64,000 bases of DNA from Eukaryota sp. GEM-RC1. Its lineage: Eukaryota. Both the position numbers and the translations under genes were made by a program. Shown here in pieces: positions 13,781 to 25,272 of the stretch. The notes beneath the pieces were generated by a model. That model did not search any database and was not told the DNA's origin. It worked only from the letters and a program-made list of their open reading frames with translations. Each line of letters starts with the position of its first letter. Positions within the stretch are counted from its first letter, which is position 1. Location of the stretch: positions 2,480,001 through 2,544,000 of the forward strand of contig JAUFOQ010000003.1 of NCBI GenBank assembly GCA_040285855.1, in the 5' to 3' direction.

Positions 13781-14390
13781 CATATTACTCTAAAACACAT
13801 GTTCTTCTAGTTACAACCAGGCTTGTAAAAAACGTTCAAAAGGGGCAGATCAACTTTTCAGTTTTTTTCAATTCATTTTCATCAACCAAATCTTTCATAG
13901 TTCGAACATTGCAGCATGTTCTTTTGAGATTGGAAGGAGAACATCATCGACATGAAGTACAGTGCTCATCTAACGATGATCACGTGGACATAGCTGGAAG
14001 ACAACAAGGTATGCGCAACAAGAACACTGTTCGAGTGCACTTAAAGGTAGTTTCACTCAGGTACAGAACCAAAGAGCATATAATGTACCAGTAACAGTGT
14101 CACCCACAAATGCTCTTGCCTTGTTTGAAACAAGTTGTTTTAGTCTTGTTTGGTCTGAAACAACATTCCTGAAATAACAGCTGTCATATTAAGACAAAAT
14201 TGGAGTAGATCTTCGTGCTTTTTGTGTCAATCCGGAATATAGAAAACGTTGACGACAATAAAAAACGTCGCTTTTTTCCAAAATACGTTTTAAACGCATT
14301 TTATTAACTGACGAGCCTGGTTACAACACGTTCAGAACACATTTACACTCAACACCGTGTTCAAACACGCCCGGTGTTTTGTGTACTATG
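13781..14390. mobile_element. hAT-type MITE (outer)
   Basis: 8-bp TSD GTTACAAG (13773-13780, 14391-14398) and imperfect TIRs CATATTACTCTAAAACAC / GTGTTTTGTGTACTATG. Confidence 0.8.
13818..14319. mobile_element. hAT-type MITE nested in the previous MITE
   Basis: 8-bp TSD GTTACAAC (13810-13817, 14320-14327) and TIRs CAGGCTTGT / ACGAGCCTG. Confidence 0.8.
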
Positions 14391-14683
14391 GTTACAAGAT
14401 CATATATTTTTATTTATTAACATCTTTTCCCTACCCGTTGTAGCCAAACGGTATCAAATAATATCCATCGACTTGTATGAAATCTACGATAAATGACATA
14501 CACAACAGTCGCGGTATCTGGGTAGAGAATATGTGTGGTACAATCTATGTATGTCACGACACCATCAAAATGAAATGACATACTCGTGTTGTGGTTTTGT
14601 TGAACATAATCATAGTTTCAAATTACAAATTTTCGTCTTTGTGATATCTTCGATTTATCATCACAGCTTTCCACTATGCTACT

Positions 14684-15291
14684 CATAGTTGGGAAATACA
14701 TCTTTTGTATTTTTTGTATTTTTTGTATTTTTCTGTATTTTTCAAATTCGGTTTTACAGTTTGTTTTTCTATTTTTTGTATTTTTTTCGAAACGTTAATT
14801 TTGACATTCAAGTGGTCATATGCTTCGAATAATGCAAGTTTCAGTAGTCAGAATAACTAATCAACCCATAATCAGTAACTTTAAACTATGAATCTACATA
14901 AAAAACACAACATTCATAGTCATCTTCTGCGAAACACAATTTGTGATGTCCAGTTCCTTTGAATTGGTCGTCAAACAGATAAACAGATTAATTGGGATTG
15001 TATTCATAATTGAGACATGATCAAAAACGTAATCAAAGGCACCAAATTGGATATGATGAAAGTGCCAGATACACTTTGCACTTGGTAAACACTTAATGTT
15101 AGTGTTAAATCAGAATGTAGAGTCTAATCATGTCCTGAGAGCTAATCGAAATTGACATTGCTTTGTTATATTAAGCGGTAATTCTAATATTTCAACAAAT
15201 GAAACTAACAAAATATTATTATGTTAGAAATTTGTATTTTTGTGTATTTTTGTGTATTATTTTTTCGGAGGTGTTGTATTTCCCAACTATG
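14684..15291. mobile_element. hAT-type non-autonomous element
   Basis: Perfect 17-bp TIR CATAGTTGGGAAATACA, 8-bp TSD ATGCTACT, and TTTTTGTA subterminal repeats. Confidence 0.88.
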
Positions 15292-17099
15292 ATGCTACTG
15301 CCTAAATATAATTTCAATTAAAAGTAACGAGATCAACTGGCTGCTGTATTTGCGCCTTTCCTTGCATTTTGGTTCTCACTGCTTGCTTTCGAGTTGCAGG
15401 ATCAAAGTTATTCATGTTGCCTTTAGGAGTCATTAATGAAAACACACAGGGAAGGAAAGATGTATGATATTAAATTATGCTACAAACAACATTCACCTTG
15501 GTTCCTTTTCAAATCGGGCTACTAGATTTGGTTACTATCTGATTGTTATCCAGAAGAAGTTTAGAAAGACATGTTTGGATGTAAGCAAGTAATGAACTTT
15601 TATGGAGAAGTCGCCAAGAAATGGTAACATACCAATTTACAAATTGTTACAAATCTACTGTTTCTGAGGCTGTAATGTTTTCCGTTTTTCGAATACGTGA
15701 TCTTAAACCTTGTAGTTACCTTTTGGATCTGATGTATTGTGTTGAGTATGATAAATCACATACATTGAATCACACACACTACAAATTTGGAACTTTACAA
15801 CACTTTATTATGAACTGAGCACGAGTGTACTAAAAGTGTGATGAGTCAAGTCGATGAGCATCTCTCTTATCAATGAATATGTATTAAAAATATGTCATAT
15901 TAACCAAAATAAATTTAATCAATGAAAAGACGATAACAAAGATATGAAGAAAATCTAAAAAAACTAGACTCAGAAAATCGGAGCAGAGCTCAAACTGTTT
16001 TCACCTTTTACGGTGTTAAAAGTTTTAACTTAAAACTCATAGGTGTTACAGCGTTTTAGATGTTTGCGTTAAAAGAATTTTCTCCTCAGTGGCAACAATA
16101 AATGGTGACGCCAGAGAAGAGAATGGGAAGTAAAAGATGTTCATAAGTGTAAATATAACTGGACTTCATATCTAATAATAACACTAATGTTTATCAATGT
16201 TCGAGCAACAATAGAATTTGGTGAATAAAATTCATATGTGTCGAATAATTGCCCTACTGTTTTTTTGGGGCACTGATAGTACATTCAGTGCCTTTTGTAC
16301 ATCGTCAGAGTGTCTTTTTCTGACACTTGATATGGCGATTATATCTTTTACGTCCATTTAGAATGGATATACCTGTGTTCTTAGACAGTAAAAAACCTGT
16401 AGTCCGTCAGATATCGCCTGCCAACGACTTTTTTTCTTTAGAACTAAATAAGCTCCTTGTCAAAAGTACTACTGTACTGTTTTCTTATATTAGGCAAACA
16501 GCCAATTCCATAGTGGTGTTACGATTGTTTCACAGATTTGAGTAAAAACAAACTGATCAACGTCAAGTTTATAAGTGTAAAATCACAAAAATAAGTGACA
16601 TGATAAAATCTGTGAAAACTGGAATGTACTGGTCAATGGTGTAAGTATTGTGTCATTCTGATACTCGGTGTAGTTGTCATTAACAATGGTTCTGTATCAT
16701 GTTACTGATAAGTCAATCAACAAATCAATAACACATTTAAGCAGAAAGCCTAAATACTCGAAACAAAACTCGATGAGGCTGAGCCGGCTTGAACTGGCTA
16801 AAATGTGTTGTAAGCCGCAGCCGGCTGGATAATGCCTGCGGCTGAGCCACGGCAAAATTTTGAGCCGGCTCCCATCTACACTTTATTTTTGTTAGGTGGC
16901 GGGTGAAACCCCGCCATATTTGGTTAAGTCCATCTCATAACAAGAAAACACTAAATGAAATATTGTAATCAAACTACGAGAACTCATATACTTCTAAAGA
17001 GCAAACAAACTGCTATTAACACACAGATTACAACCAATCACTCAAAACCCCACATCATCTAGAAAACACCCCACATTCAAAGGAAATCTGACAAGTCTC

Positions 17100-19263
17100 T
17101 TATAAAGGAACGACTCTATTGAAGCCGCCAGAAACGTGGACAACATCAACTGTTTTCGAGAAACCAGTAACACCGGAACCAATACTCCTTACAGGAGATT
17201 CAAAATGAAAAATTGGTTCGTGATCCATCAAAAATAAATTATTCATTTGAAAAACGGTGATTGAAAAAATATCAGTTAGAGAAAAGGTGGGATAATTGTG
17301 AGATACATCACATAGATGAAAGTAAAAACGCTCAGAAGAGGAGAAACGTTGCACTGAAACTTTTTGTAACCACTTCCGATTGTCGTAAGTGATGAAACAT
17401 TCAAATAACAGGCCAGTTAGGTCAACAAAGTGATTCAAAGGGGAGACTTGAGCCACAAAAACGAGGTTACCTGTCAAAGGTGCAATGGTGTGAACACGAG
17501 CATCTAATTGTTTAGCGTTACTATGGTGATTAACTGGTGGTTGCAGTGTCGTTTGTTTCCTTTGTGCATGTTTAACACAACTTTGGTGAGCAAAAGCTGA
17601 ATTCTGAATCGGAATTAACGGATTGATCTTGGCGTGTATGTCTTTCTTGAAATCTGGTACATTGTCAACAATTGCCCTTGAGCCATCTTGTCTCTTAGAA
17701 CTAGTATTGGATTCGTTTGCAGGTTTACTAACAATGGCGGATTCTTTCGGATGCCTCCTAATAAGTCCAGATGAATTTTTAACATCATTCTGTGTTGTGA
17801 ATACATTTGAAACTGTAAACTTTTGTTGTCCTGAAAACCTACCAGCAGCAATAAGAGAAGCACCACTAGCAGCAGCAGTATTTTGTTTAACATTACATTG
17901 AGGTTCCACGATTTTGAACTCATTATAAATTTCTCTCCTTAATTCAGGTATTTCAGCACATCCACCAGAAAGCAACATAAAATCGACTAGCCGTTGTTGT
18001 TTCCAGAAACACACGGATACCTCTGATAACTTGATCGAAAAATTCATGACAATGTTCAAGAATTTGTCCTTTTGTCCGAGCCAGTTCAATTGATGGAGTT
18101 GAGTCAACAAAATTAACATCGATCTCCATTTCATCATCAGAGTCCACGTCATCATCAAAAAGTTCTTCTTCTTTTTTGAGGATACACTGTCTCTTTAAGT
18201 CTTCAAAATCTACCTTTTTCCTATTGACATTTTTTTGGCAATTCATTTTTAAAATAATTCAAAATTGTAGAATCTAAACTGGTTCCCCCCACATCAATCA
18301 ATGTGTCAGCAGCAAGAACGTGTAACACGTTATTACTAAATCGACATGCAGCCAACTCAGTATTCATAGCACCAATATCAACAACTAGCAGTAGTTTGTC
18401 TTTTAGAGACTGATTTTCATTAATATGAGCAGCACAAATAGCAGTTGGTGTACTTACAGTCTTAACACCTGGAAATACTGATTCAGCAGTCTTTAGTAAA
18501 AGATATCGTTGGGATTCCGGAAGTGACAGCGGTACAGTAATAACAACTCTGAGATTGGTATTATTGCAATATTCTTCAATTTTTTGCTTTAGATGACAAA
18601 GAAAGAGATGTGTAAGCTCTTGAGGATTTTTGTGCATAACCTTTCTTTTTCCTTCTTCAGTTCCAGTAAACTCATAAGTACATTCAGTACCAATATCAAC
18701 AAGATCAAATGAGTTCAAAGAACTGTTGTTGACAAGAAAGTTTCTCACAGCTACATCGTTGAATCCCTTACCTAATAAACCAAGGAATCCGTAAAGGACA
18801 GAGTTGACTGGATTGTTAGTAAGTAAAGATTGACCAAAAGAGCACCAGTAGAGTCAAAAGAGACGGTTGTAGACAGACTGTTTTCTCCGTAGTTCAACGT
18901 AATCATTTCAACGTCATCAGAGCGTTGACCTGAAGTTTTGGGCTTGTAAAGAGCAGCCATTGTATTGTAATTACCAAGTTTGATACCAATAAACGGTCCA
19001 TGAAGACTCATAGAAAACGGGGTATCATTCTGGGGCTTGAAAGCGGCGATTTTAGTGTCAACAGGAGTAGAAGATTGAAGCAATCTACCGGTGGTAGAGA
19101 CATGTTGGTAAACCTTTCTAGCTGACAAATGTGTTTCAGTACTCACAGAAATTCCATGGTCAACTTCAGCGTGCTGGCAATCACCACATAGACCAGCTTT
19201 GAACGGATTTGAACGGAAAGCGTTGGTGAGACAACAATCACATTCAGTGTTCCTTTTGCTCAT
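17100..19263 (-). CDS. Zinc-finger + atypical Hsp70-like NBD + unassigned C-terminal domain (3 frameshifts; gene or pseudogene)
   Basis: N-terminal C..F..NPF...C..C.H....H finger, then actin/Hsp70-fold motifs GIKLGNYNT, VITVP, VVDIGAMNT and LSGGCAEIP, a low-complexity linker and a beta-rich C-terminus. Joins ORFs 18772, 18221, 17953 and 17100. Confidence 0.75.
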
Positions 19264-20911
19264 GTAGCCAACAATTATTGTCTTCGAACTTTTGCACAAT
19301 GTAGTGTTCGAATGTTCCTACGTGTTTTCTAAAAGACACCGTGTCGGTGATGTTAACACTCGTTTCCAAACATGGCGTGCTTAATGTGTTTTTGGGTGTT
19401 TTTGAATATAGATTCTGATCATACTTGTGGATCACACTACTTTTGTCAATGTAATCACAACCACAATCACAACCACAACACATCACATGTGATCCTGTGA
19501 TCACAACCACAAATTGTGATCACAAAAACTGAATATTTTGACAAATATAGTACAATGTACAATGAACTTGTACTTATAACAATAGTTCTTATTATTGTGG
19601 ACACGAAATATTTCACTGTTTTGAGATCATATCAATGTGTTCCACCTAATTTGCTTTGGGTCGTTTAAACTGGTCGTGGAACCCATATTTAAGTGATGGC
19701 ATTGTCCAAAATCAAATGTAGCTTTCTAACAACAATTAGTGTGTTAGCGAACATCTCAAAGTGGTCTAGATTTATCATATGCATGTATTAGATAGATGTT
19801 TTCACTTATATTACAATCACAACTGAATCACAAGTAGGGTCATCACAGAAAACAGGTCAGTGTGATCACATGTGTTTATGATCCACAAATATGATTCTGA
19901 TCCTACAACATTGTTCAGGGTCAATTCTTGCCTTCCTCTGACACCAGACCATTGGACACTCTAATTTATAATGTTATGTCCTTGCAAATTTCGCTCAACA
20001 TGTGGCATGTTTGAATAGTAACTCAACCATCTCAACTGACTTCTGATGGACTCACTGCGTTAGCGACACCAGGTCAAAGAGTTGTATGTACAACATAATC
20101 CGTGCAATTTACAATGTAGATTGTTATTAAATTTGAAATTGTTGTTTGTGTCTGCTGAAGACTTCTGAGGATACTTGTAAAATAGAGAAATTGGAATTTT
20201 ATGCATTTTCAAAAGAGTGATTTAAACTACCAACTGTAGTTCGGTGAATTTTTCCATATGCATGAAAATTGCTTCTTCAGCTTATATGTGTGCATTACAA
20301 TAAGCATTATGTAAATATCAAGTGTTTGTTTTAGATGCAATCACCCATTGATTAACATTTGCCAGACCTTTATTTAAGATTTACTTGCATTTATCAAACT
20401 CAATCTGTGAAAATCAACAAATATCTTCAACCTCTTCATGATGTAATCCCTTCCTCAATTCATACTAACAATCCAATACCTTCTGGTGTCCCCTTGAACA
20501 TACGAAAGATGAAATGGTGCCGCACGCTAATCAAGTTTACGGTTGTTATCTTGATGATAACTCTTGGTCAATCAAAATGCGTTTACGGTCATATAGTTGG
20601 CTTGATAACCTTCCACATAATTTAAAATGTCAATGTGGGCAATCTGTAACACCTACACATTCTATTATGTTGACCAAGATAGGTACCAACTACATTGAAG
20701 TAAATGGGGTGGTCTATTTACGTGGTGTATTTACCCCCCTATTTCTATTTCTATTTATTTCTATTTATTTTTGACACTTCTTCACGATAATGCAAATAAA
20801 ACAAAATAAAATATAAATACATTGTACATATACACATAAACAAAATGTCAGAAAGTACACTTCACTGAGATATATATCCTCTTGGAAAATACACATATTG
20901 ACTGATACACA

Positions 20912-22943
20912 ATGTTGTTTTTCTCAACAATGGATTGTTTCGTCTGCTATGAACCGTTTGACCTTTTCCGACATCTACCCTTACTTTTGTGTGACCTTGG
21001 ACATACTGCATGTGCTAAGTGTGCGAGGTCATTGAATATCTGCCCTATTTGTCGTAAGCCTTCTTCCTCCGAGAAACATCCGAATTTTGCCCTTCGAGAT
21101 CTTCTCCAAGCTACTCATGATGGAGATCTCTGTCCTGAAATCATGTCAGATCAAATCGATCTTCTTGATAAGATCGATGAAGGAGGTTGCGCTATCGTGT
21201 ATGCTGCGGAGTGGTTCAAACTCCCAGTAGCTGTGAAAATGGTATCCCCTGACAGAAAAAGGAAGAATCAAACTGAAGAAGGAGATGAACCTTCTGGTCC
21301 AACTAAATCATCCTGCTGTTCTTCGTGTCTTTGGTCTCTGCTCTTGGGAGGATCGTATCGGAATCGTAATGGAAAGAGCTTCTTCTTCTCTTCCCACTCC
21401 CAACTCATTCTCTCTTCTTACCGTTGAATATGCAAAACAACTCTGTCAGGGCGTACGATATCTCCACAGTAAGGCTGTTGTCCATGGTGATCTTAAGCCA
21501 GGAAATGTGTTGGTAGTAGATGGTAGAATCAGAATTGCTGACTTCGGCACTTCCCGAAACATTGAATCCACTTCAACAATTCCTAGAACTGAAGCGATGA
21601 CTATTCGCTATGCAGCACCCGAACAATTCGAGAACACTGTCACCCCACACAGTGATATCTATTCCCTTGGTGTTGTGTTGTATGAATTGTTCGAAAACAA
21701 GGAAGCTTTTAAGGGGATGAAGAATATTGCTGTTATGGGGGCTAAATATGGTGGTAAATCATTGCTGTTTGATGGATCTATACCTGCGGAATTGTGTAAC
21801 ATCATTCAGAGTTGCTTAAATCCAAACCCCCTTCTTCGACCAAGTGTTTCTCAAATAATTGACATTTTGGAAAACTTACAAATTCATAAGCAAAAACCTC
21901 AACAACTTGACTGTTGTTTATCTTCATTAGAACTGGAGTCTCTTAAAGAAAAAAACCAGACGCAAAGTGGCCAAATTCTACTTCTTCAAACTAAGAACGA
22001 GGAATTAGTAACAAACTTTCAACATGAAAGGCAGTCTTTGATTCAAACCAATAGACAATTACAGAATGAAGTGAACTTATTGATGAATCAAATTGCATTA
22101 CATAATCCATCCGAAAACCTTAACGGACTCTCTAATAGGTTCCCTAAACTGTCTGTTCTATCTTCAAGTCATTCAAGTAATGGATCTAATTCTGAGCAAA
22201 GTAGACCTCTGAACCAGAACGCGCGGAACGCTGATGAGGATGAGTGGAGTAAGTTGAAACCAAAAGTGAAAAAATTATTGGAAGAAATGAAAGATGGTAA
22301 TGTTGCAAGTGTTGTCCTCTGTTGTGGCGTGTTTGAAGTGCCCATTGGAGTTGAAGATACTAAAGCACTAGCACATGCGTTGAAAAGTAATGATACAGTT
22401 TCAAGTGTCAATCTTAGTCGAAACTCCATTGGAGCTGAAGGTGCTAGAGCACTAGCAGATGCGTTGAAAAATAATGATACAGTTTCAAGTGTCAATCTTA
22501 GTCGAAACTCCATTGGAGCTGAAGGTGCTAGAGCACTAGCAGATGCGTTAATAGTAAACACTACTGTTAAAAGTATCAATCTGGAGTATAACTCTATTAC
22601 AGATGAAGGTGCTAGGGCACTGGCAGAGGCGTTAAAGATTAACAGTACACTTACAAATCTCAATCTTGAGGACAATTCTATTAGAGCTGAAGGAGCTAGG
22701 GCACTGGCAGAGGCGTTAAAGATTAACAGTACACTTACAAATCTCAATCTGGAGTACAACTCAATTGGAGCTGAGGGTGCTCTAGCATTGTCAACTGCTT
22801 TAAAAATTAACGTTTCAGTAACAAATCTCAACCTAGATGATAATTCTATTGGCGCTGAGGGTGCTCTAGCATTGACTGAGGCATTAAAAGTTAATAATAA
22901 CCTTAACATAGATGGAGGATGTTATCTGCAAAGATATATGTAA
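20912..22943 (+). CDS. RING finger - TKL-like protein kinase - coiled coil - RI-type LRR protein (one frameshift in a C-run near 21246)
   Basis: RING CFVC..CDLGHTAC..C..CPICR; kinase VAVK, HGDLKPGN, DFG, YAAPE, DIYSLG; 28-aa LRRs (LxxNSIGAEGARALAEALK). Removing one C gives MVSLTEKGRIKLKKEMNLL. Confidence 0.88.
22381..22900 (+). repeat. 84-bp tandem units encoding LRRs
   Basis: Adjacent near-identical unit pairs at about 22381/22465 and 22606/22690. Confidence 0.85.
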
Positions 22944-23320
22944 GTTTTCCCAGTTACGATTTTCACCAATTCTGCTTTCTGTAAATATGTTTTTTCAGTG
23001 TTGCCAAATGTGCCCTTTTTTCACAGGTCTCGCGATTTTGAAATGATAATAAAAATCTTTTCTAAACAAAGTAGAGACATGAATCTACAATTTAAGTAGC
23101 TGGTAGTGTTGCACCTGGGCTCAGCCCTTCATAATATAGCCCGCCCATCAAATCACAAGCCAGACCAGCCCAGTCCGTAATTTCATTAGCTCAGCCCTCA
23201 GCGGCGATCTATTAAAACTACAATATCATTAGTACAATTCATACAAATAGATTGGTTTGCTTTATGACATCAGAATAAAATACATGAGAAAACACTAAGT
23301 GGTCAGTAAAACGTGTACTA

Positions 23321-24374
23321 CAGTCAACACTGTTTATAGCGGGACTATATGTACCTACGCTATATAGAGTTTTACGCTATATAGAATAAACGCACTGTGC
23401 AGCTCCATTCTCAACAATGAGTGTTTATTTCAAGAAGATCTAGAAAGAACAAAGTATGGGTCATCCAAATATCCATATCGTGGACATAACTACATGGGAT
23501 GGAGAAGGAAGAATGGACAAGACTAGAATCTGGGTGGTAAATATTTTGAACGGAATTCAAGAAATCATCCAGATATGGAAGTTCCGGTGGAGTAACTTCA
23601 TTCTGACCCTATTTGGACATGAAAGAGTGAAGAAGATACATGATCATCTCGCTTAAACCTATGATGACATGATTCTTCTTCCAAGCAACCAGTTGCATCC
23701 CTTGTATCACCCTTCTCTCTGAGTAGATGAGTGATGAATCTCCAGAGACTATGAGAACGGATCTACATCTTCCATCGCTCCTTCTATTTCCCTATCAATT
23801 TGGGTTTGTTCTTTGGCTTCATGGTAGTTCTGTATAGTTTCTTGTTGGTTCTCCCCATAAACACGATTCAATAAGGTTGTTTATCATAAATATATCTTCC
23901 GTCTACGTCTACGTTATAGCGTTGGTTTAGACCATGTGTTATGCTCTTTTAGGGAACTCTTTTGAAGAGTATGGAGGGTTGCTAGATAAAAAAGTTCTTG
24001 TGGTACGTCAATCAACATCCTACAGGGTTTTGATGGAAGAGTTACATTTGTTAGAAGCTGTAACACCAAAGATAATCTGAAATGAGCAAGATGTGAAAGG
24101 GATGATGTTGACGAGGCAGCTAAGGCGGGGATGTCAGGGGTATCAAAGGAAATACGTCCGGTATATGTGAAGTCAAGAAAGAAGGTAATACACCTTCAAG
24201 TTGCTGATCAAAAGATGTTATCAGAATGAACGCCAGCAATACGACAGTTTATTACCAAAGAGAACTACCGATAGAGGCGACAATCAGGATGTCATATGGG
24301 AAAAGGAGAGGAAAATGTCGGACCGTGAAAAGTGCACACTATATAGAGTTTCACGCTATAAACAGTTTTGACTG
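23321..24374. mobile_element. Pogo/Tc1-mariner-type non-autonomous element
   Basis: TA TSD and 21-bp TIR CAGTCAA(C/A)ACTGTTTATAGCG. A related single terminus lies at about 44590-44701. Confidence 0.85.
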
Positions 24375-25272
24375 TACTACAGTATGATCATCAATCTAGC
24401 CTTTTTATTTTATTTTAAACTAAACCAATAATCTATGGCTCTCAAGAATAGACTTCACATTGTTCGTCTTCATCAAATCAATTTTTATGATCATTGCTGG
24501 AATAATTGTCTCAAACTCTCCTTTCATACGAGATCTCAATGCTGAAAAATGGTCTTCAATAGTCAGTAGAAAATTTGGTGTAGATTTATGTAACTGAAGC
24601 CTTTGGAACGAGTTCATCATGAGATAAATATATACTCTTACACTCTTGTCTGTCCATATATGATAAGAGTAAAGATCGCAAGAAGACCTGAGTACTTTTT
24701 TGAGGTGCTTTGGTGAATTAATACTGTATGGATGTTTTCGCCTAGAACATTACTTGAAAACCTTTTATCAGAAACAACCAAATTGCACCTTTAGTCACAG
24801 CTATAACTGTTAGTCTTTGGTAAATTTACACAGATTGGTCAAACAAATACATATATTATACTCAATTCAATTTTGATTACCTCTGCTAATAATCCACAAG
24901 AGCTGTCTACAACTAAATCACAAATTTTCAAAACGGAGCATAAAGTACTACATTGTAGTACAATAACTCTCGGTAACTCATACGACTCGAAATCCAACTT
25001 TTTGTTCGACTTATTCAATGTTGCACCTGATTACATGATATTGATTTTGAAATGTGTTGAACATACAATTAATTACTGACTTTAATGAGCAACTAAACAA
25101 GGAAATGAACTCAAATGACTCTAGATCCATGCAAATTATGATTCTCTTACACAAACACTTCAATTACCTCATCTTCATGTTCTCATTCCTATTGAACCAC
25201 TTCAATAAAGATGTTTGTGTAAGACTTATCAAAACAACTTCATCACATCACATCTTCAAACGACAACATCTC

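Larger units (their letters stand above)
8100..14456 (+). mobile_element. Old 5'-truncated Ty3/gypsy retrotransposon, interrupted by DNA transposons
   Basis: Gag knuckle (C..MGHDSTDC), protease (EFDPAAS), RT start (HPDGIDCPPM, RKPRLTGDFSG, DLAKAFWQL), integrase end (SNG..RNRD, SPYELMFG) and degenerate chromodomain (13235-13603). PPT gaaaggagagaagagg precedes the 3' LTR. Related to the 47268 element. Confidence 0.85.
13748..14456 (+). repeat. 3' LTR of the old gypsy element (about 92 bp, split by nested MITEs)
   Basis: TGTTAGCCAC...GGTATCA follows the PPT and matches the solo LTR at 40160-40251 once 13781-14398 is removed. Confidence 0.85.

Noticed and set aside
19300..19910. Cys-rich ORF 19244-19510 and TCACA/TGTGA repeats as a gene or ncRNA
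   Set aside because: They resemble transposon subterminal repeats (similar at 41192-41355). Ends and TSD could not be defined, so no feature was called.
22169..22909. 246-aa minus-strand ORF
   Set aside because: It is the antisense shadow of the LRR repeats.
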